The position numbers and the translations under genes are program-made. The notes beneath the pieces were generated by a model, which was not told the origin of the DNA, did not search any database, and worked only from the letters and a program-made list of their open reading frames with translations. A DNA stretch of 56,782 bases, filler included, from Circinaria calcarea (taxonomy: Eukaryota), in assembly GCA_051942165.1 (NCBI GenBank). It is 5 parts of 5 records of this genome, joined end to end, with 100 filler letters (N's around TTAATTAATTAA, not from the genome) between each part and the next. Parts side by side here need not be neighbours in the genome. Positions count along the whole stretch, not along the records: positions 45,516 to 56,782 come from JAVECS010000697.1; 4 more parts are not named here. One strand, given 5' to 3'. Position 1 is the first letter of the stretch; every line of letters starts with the position of its first letter. Of this stretch, positions 47,209 to 56,782 are shown piece by piece.

Positions 47209-48749
47209 GGCTGCACTCTATCCGGTGGAGGCTCTTGGATGAGTGGGAGATGTAATGAGCGCTCAGATGTGGAGGCTCCAATCATCAGTCCAGTCGAGAG
47301 CTCTGTTTGGGGAGCGCCAAGATGCAGAATCTGTCAATGCATTAGATACGACGCCGAGGAAAGGGTAAAAGTCCCCGGAACCTTTGACATGCTCACGGTT
47401 TCATCATGGCAAACAACACGCCCTGAGTGAATGTGCCATTCACCGTCCACTCGTCCAAGGTGAGAAGAGGATCTCCTTAAGACGGGCTTTGCTCTTCTAA
47501 GCAGACGAACTAATATCCACGTGAGAGAAGTCTTGTGGGGGGCCACCCGATGATGCTTGATATTCCTTCTGGCTCGCACCGAAAATAGGTGAAGTCGTGA
47601 TCCAGTAAACGATTAGGGCAAGCCCGTGACTATCGATAGCAAACGGAGCGACCAATGGGACTGCTTCCATCCAGATAGCGGGAGCAGACCAGAGGGAAAG
47701 TAGACTAGTGTGGAGGCTATGCCCGGAGCACTAAGGCAAGGGCATTCACTTTCTTTTCAGGGTTGGTCCGATGGTGGCGTCCAACGGATGCCCCCACGGG
47801 AAGGGAAGAAGGGAAAAGGAATCAATCAGAAGACCTCGATCATCCTCTGCCCCAAATCCATTAATGATTGTTTTTACTCAAACCGCGGTTGACCGCCATG
47901 TTTGGAGGACTTCACATGCAAATAAAAGTTGCCCCGCGTTAACTGGATAGACAGGGTTTTTGGCCGTGAAACCGATGAGGTCGCACACGGCTTGCGTGCC
48001 AGTGCTACTACCCTCGATGAACCTGCCGGCATGAAACCGAGTAACGATTCTGGCCGAGGTCGAAGGCGCATATCGAGCACATGGATGCACGTCGTCTCGC
48101 TACTGTACCTGGACAGGATCGAGACTGCAGACTATCCGCTGGATGGTCACACCGCTTCTGGACACACACGCCTGTTTGAGACTCGACCACTGTGATACAC
48201 GCAGCGGTTAGAGCCATCCGCAGGGAAAATTCCGAGTTTGAATGAGATTAATCATACGGCATTCGTCCACATGGGTGAAAATTATTCAGAGTGTGCTTGA
48301 CTGGACGGCGACGTGAGAAGGAGAGATGAATGGGAGAACTCGAGAAGCTGGTGGGGCTGGGAAGTACTCGGTAAGCCCGGACTTGCGGGCTTGGCACGCG
48401 CCCCATGTCGACGTTTGAGATTCGCAGGTTCGCATCCACAACGAACATGCTGCAGCTCTCAAGATCTCTTTCGTCAGAACGAGAGAGCCTTCCAAGGGGA
48501 GAGACCCAGCTAGGACAACCAGAGGAAGACCATACTTGGTACATCCCGCGACTCCAGACATCTTGACGTACGTTACAACAGGCTGATATCAACGGCAATG
48601 ATTCTATGAGGTGACTGAGTCGACAGTATGGCTCTACACTGTTGGAATGTATGATCATGAGGGGAAGGGACCTTTTTATTTTGTAGAAAACTGCCATGGG
48701 GAAAGATTACGCTCATTATCATGCCCCACCACGGAAAGAATACGCTAGC

Positions 48750-49808
48750 TTATACCCAGCCAATGTCTGAGGCGCAGAACATGACATCCCCCGGGCCACG
48801 AATACCGAATAGGGTCCTGATCGATAGATTTAGACCTACAGCATGCCCACCGGTTTCTCGAAGGACTCCCTTTGGTAAACCCGTTGTACCTACGAAGCAA
48901 CTATTAGCCGACACTGATAAAATAAGCTGAGTGAAAGCTGCAAACGCGTGTCAAGTGATATATTCAAAGTCCTCGGTGTTCTATTTAATACATATCTGAC
49001 CGAGCTTGAATGGTAGTAATTTTGAATTGCTCATATGTATTAAACTCTAGATGGTGTAACTGACCGCTCGTATAGATTATGTACAGGCCGTTATTACTGT
49101 CGACGGGTACCGCATCTGCCTTGAGACCATTGATCTCTCCGCCAAACTATAACTTTCTCTGGCTTAAAGCGACTCTTTTCCAAGGCTCCTTCAACAAACG
49201 GCTTATAGTCCATTGGTCCTTTCGTACCTTCGATCCCACAGGATGCTGTTATGATAGCCCGGGGTTTCGATGCTTCGATGCGCTGGGCATGAGCTCGGGG
49301 GGCGAATCCCCCAAAGACCACTGTATGAATGGCTCCGAGCCGTATTATAGAAAGAATAGCATATAGAGCAACGGGAATCATAGGCACTGGGCAGCTTTAG
49401 CATCGAACTCAGGATGGTGGCTTGTTGACTGACTATAGATAAGCACTACATCACCTTTTTTGACGCCCTCTTGCCGTAATACGCCAGCGAGTGTCTCCAC
49501 TTCCAATAATAGTTGGATGTATGTATATTTCTCCTTCGCCCCTGTGATGGGGAATCCCAGATGATTGCTGTCGCATTGCCATTGCCATTCTTGACATGCC
49601 TATCGACACAGTTGTAGGACGTTGATATCTTCCCGTCAGGAAACCAAGCCCAATGAGCATGTGCAACTCCGCTAGGTAGCTTCTTGGTAGTCTTCTTCAG
49701 GGCCTGTGACGGTCTCTTATGCCAATAAAGGTGTTCCGCCTGCCGGGTCCAGAATGTTTCGGGGTCCTGGCCTGAGAGTGCTTGAACTTGATCCTGCAGA
49801 TGAGGCAT
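48750..49808 (-). pseudogene. Truncated, frameshifted propionyl-CoA/acetyl-CoA synthetase (PrpE/ACSS3-like)
   Basis: DPETFW...WFPDGKISTSYNCVDRHV...AIIWDSP, frameshift, then GVKKGDVVLIY|MPMIP...RLGAIHTVVFGGFA and GTTGLPKGVLR...FCASDIGWV* (TAA 48750-48752). Only the N-terminal part of the enzyme is present. Confidence 0.85.
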
Positions 49809-50033
49809 GGTGCAAGCGTGACTACCGTGGTACCTCGTTTCACCCAACGGGTATGATCCGAAGAACGAGAGGATCAGCTTCAGCGGCTCTTAGAGGACTG
49901 CTTGTCTCCCTAGATGTCTGACAATCATCCAGATTCTCGAGGGAGGGAGATGCGAAGGCCGACTCTCCTATCGAAATGATGGAGTGACACACATCACATC
50001 AATTGAACTATGGGTTGCCGAGGGATCGTTTGC

Positions 50034-50627
50034 CTATGTGCCCCAGGGAAGAAGATACAAGTTACACTGGTGGTATGCTGTGCTCGAGCCAATCGTCCCC
50101 TCGAGTCGGATCAATGGATCGGTCTGCACCCACGGATCAAGGAATAAGAAGTCGGCCAGGGTCGATGGGTGTTCCTTATTCCGGAGTATGGGGATGTATA
50201 CATTACCAGTCGAAATGTCCTCGATGCTTGGCAAGGCTCTTCCCCGCAGCTCATGGCTGGGAAATTCTCCGGACGGCAGCCTTTGTGTAGCCCGCCATAC
50301 ATGGTCCTCCCAAATACATGTGACCAAGGGAAAGCTCATGGTCATGACATGATTGAAAATAATGAGCTTAATAGAGGTGCCTGGTTCTGGTCTCCCCCTG
50401 ATATCGTTCCTTTGGAGGATGGGGACTCGTGTGGGACTGGTGCCTGAATGTACACCTGGCTTCGTAAACATCATCCTGAAAGCCTTTACAAGACCGGAGT
50501 GCCAGTCGGGGCAAAAGCCATTTGGTTCCAAAGTATGAAAGTTGGCGTAGTCTTGAATACAGCCAGTTAACCCGTACTTGTACAAGCTCTGGTGCATTTG
50601 TAGTAGTTCGGTATAAGGTCCTTTCAT
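50034..50627 (-). CDS. Possible hypothetical protein or gene remnant, 197 aa
   Basis: Longest ORF in an otherwise non-coding stretch. No motif recognised. Confidence 0.25.
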   Translation of the reverse strand: MKGPYTELLQMHQSLYKYGLTGCIQDYANFHTLEPNGFCPDWHSGLVKAFRMMFTKPGVHSGTSPTRVPILQRNDIRGRPEPGTSIKLIIFNHVMTMSFPLVTCIWEDHVWRATQRLPSGEFPSHELRGRALPSIEDISTGNVYIPILRNKEHPSTLADFLFLDPWVQTDPLIRLEGTIGSSTAYHQCNLYLLPWGT

Positions 50628-53505
50628 CCATAAGAGTCAACGGTTAGGTCGAGAGAGCTTTGGTGCATAAAACCCGCAATTGGCTAAGCGTAAAGTCAAG
50701 GGTTAGGGTACCGCGAAACAAATGTGGATTGATAGATGGATAGGCTCCAGTTCTTCCTGGGCGAGGGGGTGTTACTGATTTTATCAAGCTAGATAGTCAC
50801 TTATGAACGAGTCAGTTTCACTATCCCACGCGAACCTTGCACGTTCCTTCGTTTCTCGACCACTCGCGTCGACTGCCTGGCGTGGGAAGCAAGCCAACAG
50901 CACATGATGATGATTTCATGCATGCAACCGCATGTGGCGCCGAAGGCTATTGCACTCGGCGAGGATTGTGTGGTGATGTGAACAATGCGTCCAAAGAAGA
51001 GTACGAAGACCTACCTTCACGTGTTCGACTCCTTAACAGATGGGAAGCTGACCTTATCGCGAGGATGATCTCCATGCTGGCGGGAAGGATGCGGGAGAGA
51101 GGAGAGCATTTTGGTACTTGGCAATGCATCCCAGGAGTTAGAATATTACTGGGGTGGGAAATCAAAAGAGGCCGACAGCAGAATACCGTAATGGCGTATG
51201 CGCACCGGGGACTGAGTCGAGCCAGTCCGCTTGAGTATCAGCGGGGTGACAGGGGCCTTTGGAACAGCCCGTGTACTTTGGTTACCTTAACCTTACGCAG
51301 TAGGCAGGACCACGTCTACTCGTTGCAGGAGGAATCATCAGAATCCTCTCCTCCTTGACTCGCCATCATTGCCTACGTTACTTCAACGTCCTCCAACCCG
51401 CTTGGCCTGCCCGTAACCCAATCCCCTAGATTTCTCCGATAGGCGTTGAGGGAGGGTCATGTTCGCAAAGACGATGGAGTGGGCTGACAGCTGCATGATA
51501 GGATTTGTCATGTCGGGGCTTTTATCTGTTGAGGGAATGGGATCCTTGCCGTCTGCCGCAGCGGAAACCGCATTGCGTCGAGCTCTCGACGCTAACCTGC
51601 CTCGAACGGTGTGCGCCAACCATGGGCCCGCAAGCACTCGATGGGGGTAATCTGCGTTCGACTGCCTGATGGAGTTTGTTGACTGCTGTCACTTTGCCTT
51701 CACCTCCGGTTTCTCCCATCCATCTCATCAAGACTCGAGTTCCGGTTAGCAGATGTCATTGCCGGCATTAGATCATGCCAGCCTGCGTGGCACTTTGTAT
51801 ATCCATCAGACGTCGTCGAGTATCCAAACCTTTTCAGGGACGTCTCGATTATGGGCGTGTAAGGTGGAGGGCACTGTATCTGTCGACAAGTGATTATCTA
51901 TCGGCCACGCATTCGCGTTTCCGCGGCTTCAATTGGATACTTTATGCAGCGCACTGGCTTCCCTGAAAGCGTGGGTAGGTAGTTGGACGGATGTAGTCCC
52001 TCCTCCGTCTTTCCCACTGCCACCAGAATATCCAGGTATGCAGGAATGAGTGATTTAACCAGTACTGCTGTCGCCTGAACCAATCAAAAGCGGCCGGAAA
52101 ACATCTTTGCCTTTTTTCCTGACTTTTCGCTACTTCGCTTCTAAGCCAGCCGGAGGAGCGATGATGGGTATCGCCCAGGGTGGAGGAGACCCAGTCATCA
52201 GTAACGCCCTACGGCTTTTGGCGCCGTCGTAACCCAGTCGCGGCGACAAGCTTAGCTCTAGTCCCTGCTCTTTCTCGACGACGGCCTCTGTTTGGCCTGG
52301 AGTGCTGGGAAGCTCTAAGCCCCGCAGACGGTCGAAGCCAGCGGGCAGCTTTGCCAGCGTCGTAGCAAGCTGCGTGCGGCAACTCGGCCAATATCCATCC
52401 TCGACCAAGTACCGTCCCACCGTTTCTGTCGTCCCACCACCCATCGCGTTGGATCGTTAGCCCGATTAATCGTCAGCACGATTCGTATGCTGCCCAGTGC
52501 TCAAGCAAATACGTACCGTAAACCCGAGTTCAGGCTCGGGCTTAGGCTCAAGCTCAGGCACTGGTACTGGCACTGGCAGGCTTCAGGGGAGCTTGGATGG
52601 CACAAAAACTCTGGGTTGCAAGCCAACACCCCCGCCCCATTATCACAAATCCCCATTACGACCAGTCATCCAGTATAATAACTGTCGGCAGCCATCACCC
52701 ATCCTGAGAAAAGTCTCCCCTCCCTTCTCACCTCAGATCGCTCTACGCATCTTACGTTGATTGCTGGTTCCCAGCTGAAACCCCCACGAAGTGCTTCTTC
52801 GGCATCTGTCTTCCCTGGCTGTCAGAAGAGCCGGCCCTGAATTATTAACCTATCCCACGCGCTGATCGCGTGGTTGTACGCCGCCAGATTTTACCCGGTA
52901 CGTACTAAGTGGGGGATTTTCCAGAGCTTCACCGCTGGAGACAGAAAAGAAGAAAATCTTCCCCAACGGGCCAATCACCCCGTCCACTACTTTCGCATTT
53001 CCGAACTTGCATCACAAACTCGGTGAGCAGACATGACATAGACAGCCGCCAATATCCGACGCTGCCAATCACAATTGAACCTCAGACTTCTTCTCGATGC
53101 CGGACTTGGGAGCATAAAGTTGTTCTATACTAAAATTCTCTCGGAACCCATTTTTAGCCAGTCAAATACTATTCTAGGAGTAACCCTTTCACGTCCTAAC
53201 TCGATTCAAGCTTTACTTTATTGACATTCTCAACACATGAGTGGCCCGCAGTCACCTTTCATTGATCTTCTGAACCATCGATAGCTAAATAATAGCCTCA
53301 ATTTTTTACCGCGAGCGGTCCAATTTCTGAGGATTGACTTCGACATCGCAACTCAGTATATTTTCTCATCATAGCATATTTTGGGGTTCCTGGCTAAGGA
53401 AGCTGTGTCTTCGACGACATTCTACCCAAGTACCCATCCAAGCTAGGAACTGTCCTTTGAGAGATATCTTCCTGGCCAGCGGACTTGTCCTGGAGGCTGC
53501 CTAGC

Positions 53506-54278
53506 ATGGCTGGGAAGATGACGCTGTACGAGCTGGTGGTGTTGGGAGATGGGGGCGTCGGGAAGACTGCTCTGACGATACAAGTAAGCGACTAAGTCGG
53601 AAACCTTAAACACTCTGGTTGACTCGAACTTAGCTTTGCCTGAACCATTTTGTCGAAACCTATGATCCCACAATAGAAGACTCGTATCGGAAGCAAGTAG
53701 TCATTGACGCGCAATCCTGCATGCTGGAGGTTCTGGATACAGCCGGACAAGAGGAATACACAGCACTGAGAGATCAGTGGATTCGAGACGGTGAAGGGTT
53801 TGTCTTGGTGTACGACATCACGTCAAGGTCATCGTTTTCGCGGATCCAGAGGTTTCACAATCAGATTCAAAGGGTCAAAGATTCATCCAATGCAGGATCC
53901 CCCACCGCCGGCGGTTATTTGGCGTCGCCGATGTCCTCTACCCTGATGAGCGCAAGAAACGGACCAGCACCGGTGATGCTGGTGGGCAACAAAAGTGATC
54001 GGGTTACGGCGCGGGAGGTATCCACCCAGGAAGGTAATGCTCTTGCCAAGGAGCTTGGATGCGACTTTGTCGAAGCCTCAGCTAAGAACTGCATCAATGT
54101 GGAAAAGGCATTCTATGATGTTGTGAGGAATCTACGAAAGCAAAGACAGGAACACACGCGTCTCGAGAGACGAGGCACAACCCATGGAACAGTGGGTGGA
54201 CTCTCACATCAAGACCTTCGAGCTCCTCGGCCAGCGCGGAAAAGGTCTGGTAAAGATAGGCCATGCGTCATCTTGTGA
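53506..54278 (+). CDS. RAS2: Ras2/RasB small GTPase, 2 exons
   Basis: LVVLGDGGVGKTALTIQ|LCLNHFVETYDPTIEDSYRKQ, DTAGQEEY, NKSD, EASAK and CAAX box CVIL. Intron 53584-53633. Confidence 0.96.
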
Positions 54279-54839
54279 TAGAAGCCAAAGCATACAGAAG
54301 CACTGGCGACTGAGACCGCGCCGCCGGAATGACGAGGGATGTGCTGACATGGTGAATCTGAACCTCTCATTTATCCGCGCTAGGCACCGTCCACTCGAAC
54401 CCTTCATGTTGCTGATCCTATAATGGCAATATCTCCTCGCTGATATCGGGGGAGAATGGATGTACCGTCGGGGGTTGCCGTCACGTCTTCAAGGTTCCAG
54501 GGTGGACTTGGCGACGGCCAATAAAGCTACCTGCTCCATCTGCACGAGCATATCTGTGTATCTAAGTATACATACAGTGCCACTGAGCCTGCAAGACTCC
54601 ACGGTATGGCGCTCGGACCGAGTATAGATAAGGGGTGTATTGGAGTTTGGGACGGTCAACGAAGGACGATTCATGAAGGTCATATAACATGGGTGGTGGG
54701 CATTTGCTCTTTGATATCAGGCGCCTCGTTGACAACACTTGTTTATCATATAGCGTGATACCCTCAAAAGTATTCCCTTTGACGGCTCCCAATATACTAA
54801 GTGCTTGCCGTTCCGCTCTATCTCGGCAGCGATAACGAT

Positions 54840-55260
54840 AATGATTAAATCATACCTTTTAATTTTTATTATAATAATAAAGATTAATTATTTCCGTATA
54901 TAAAATTGTCCCCATCACTGTTATCCGTCCCATTTGATGCGAATGGCGCCTAAATTTAAGGTTCGCGCTAGCACCATATGCACACGCTAGCGATTTTTTA
55001 TTCGATGAAGTCGGAACACCTCGCAACTGAATTTAAATATTATTCGATTTCCAAAATCATTATAAATAGGTCCGGACTTATTTATATTAAGGTATTAAAT
55101 TTTATATATTCGCAAAAATAATTCTAATAATTATTTTTGGCAAAATCAAAATCGTTGTTTATTAAACGTTTACTTAACAATTTTCAGAGTCCAAAAATAA
55201 TTATAATAATCGATTCCAATAAAAGGGGGTTATTTAAACAGGCTCTTAGTTACTTGCTCC
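54840..55260. repeat. AT-rich RIP-like degenerate repeat/transposon relic
   Basis: Abrupt AT/TpA-rich island (tttttattataataataaag, tttatattaaggtattaaattttatatat) in otherwise ~50% GC sequence. Confidence 0.5.
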
Positions 55261-56684
55261 GGGCATTTGAATATGCAGGGGGTATTGAACGCTTGCTCCG
55301 CCATTCCTTAGTAGCTGTAAAGCTGGGGGGTCGGTAGACTACCTGAGTAAATAGTGGTCTTGAGTTAGTCGCTCTATTATAGGATCAGGGAAGTTTTTCA
55401 AAGGATTCGCTGAAGAGTAGCGTGGCTCCCGTTATGTCTCCGTGGTGTCTTCAGCTTTGGATGAACAATGTTCTGGCGGGTTTGGCGAAGCTCTCGGTAG
55501 TTTCGGCGAGCAGTTACTGCCCGTCATGTATCTGCCTGTCGCCTGCGCCATCTTGGTCGTTCCTACCATATTAATGCTATATCTTAGTTCATTGACGCCG
55601 GTGAAACGCAAGGCCTAGGTCGCTCCAATTCAGCTGTTGCAGGGAGTGCTTTAGGATGGGGTGCGAACGGCTAATAGCATTGATAGTGCTCATGATATCT
55701 TTAATCCCTTGGATTCCAACGGCGAGCAAGTACAGGTTATCAGCTGCTTGAGACTCTCGGTAGAGCTAGATAAGGTTAATTGTGTCGAGGCGGAGCGCTC
55801 CTGGGATTGGAGAGGGTGGTGGCCTACGGAGCTTGCTCATCCTGAATCGGTTCCTCTTCGGAATCGTTAGATATGCGCACTATCGCGATGCCTCCATATC
55901 TGGTAGTCATAGATAAGAGTCGCGACGGTTCGAGGAGATTGGTACTCATGCCTTGGTCGACCGTCATCATGCGTTTCCACTTGGGGCCTTACTAAAAGTA
56001 GGCTCGAAGGGTCTTGGCTTGATGGGGGCGCCTAACTTTACATCATGAAAATCGATGGTGCAATTAGATACTATCCGCCATCAATGCTCTGCGTCCCAGT
56101 GAACCAACTCCTTATGCCATACGCGTCGGAGGGTATTAGGCTCTTGTGGTAGCTCTCCTACGGGCATTGTGAAGCCTGGGTGTGCTTTCTGCGTCTCGTT
56201 GTCTTCGCAGCAGTGATCCAACGTTGAAGATTTGTCTGCTCGAAGGTGCGAATGTTGGTGTCTCGATGGATACACCTCTTTGCATTTTTCACCTCTTGAC
56301 TGCCGTCTTTGTTACCCAGTGCCATTAACGGCTTTCTTTCAAGTCATTGGGCGAGGTTCTTGGATGTGGGAGACGATTGGCTGGATTGCTCTGGAAACGG
56401 TGGAAGTGTCGTGTCATTTCGGTCTTCCTGTCTCGTCATTAGCCCTACTCGCCCACTGCCTTGACTCTCGCTTTCGAGAGAATATCGCTGGGGTTTGGTT
56501 TAGCTGTTTCTTCACTTCCCTTATTCCCTCACTTTTCCTCGTTGCCCATTAGGTGCGCAGGGTATGCTCGGAATAGCTCTTAACAGCAATTCAGGAGTGT
56601 TATGGCGCAACGCCATACCCTAGCAGGCCGAGTGCCGGAACGGGGGAACCAGAGAGCCGAGTGCTCCCAGGTGCTCCCAGAACT

Positions 56685-56782
56685 TAATAAGAAATAATAA
56701 AAATATATCACGTATTATATTCCCGGTGGCTCTTAGAGATTCTAAAAGATAATAAAATTATTAAAAAATATTATTATTATAT
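56685..56782. repeat. Start of AT-rich RIP-like region at window end
   Basis: Almost pure A/T sequence, preceded by short direct repeats (gccgagtgc x2, gtgctcccag x2). Confidence 0.45.

Noticed and set aside
50800..53500. Short ORFs and a GGCTCA/GGCACT hexamer run upstream of RAS2
   Set aside because: No recognisable coding signal; likely promoter or long 5' UTR with a simple repeat.

Overview
Eukaryotic DNA from a filamentous ascomycete (Pezizomycotina-type genes, short GT-AG introns with CTRAC branch sites). The window is five contig pieces joined by four artificial 100-nt N spacers carrying TTAATTAATTAA, so adjacency across the spacers is not trustworthy. Recognisable genes: HEI10, FAM50/XAP5, a Myb/SANT protein, NTO1 (truncated), a membrane GT2 glycosyltransferase, a Kelch membrane protein (5' part), an SPT23/MGA2-like 3' end, a NACHT-ankyrin NLR with near-identical repeats, a mitochondrial carrier, SPT16 (5' part) and Ras2. 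There are also several hypothetical proteins, two pseudogenes (amidoligase-like, propionyl-CoA synthetase-like) and AT-rich RIP-like relics. The most unusual item is a tRNA-Glu(CTC) whose 103-nt intron appears to hold a nested 79-nt spliceosomal-type intron. Other items worth checking are a 121-aa protein with SILK+RVxF PP1-docking motifs, a 4-exon gene missed by the ORF track, and a 7-nt microexon. All identifications are from motif recognition by eye; no searches were run.
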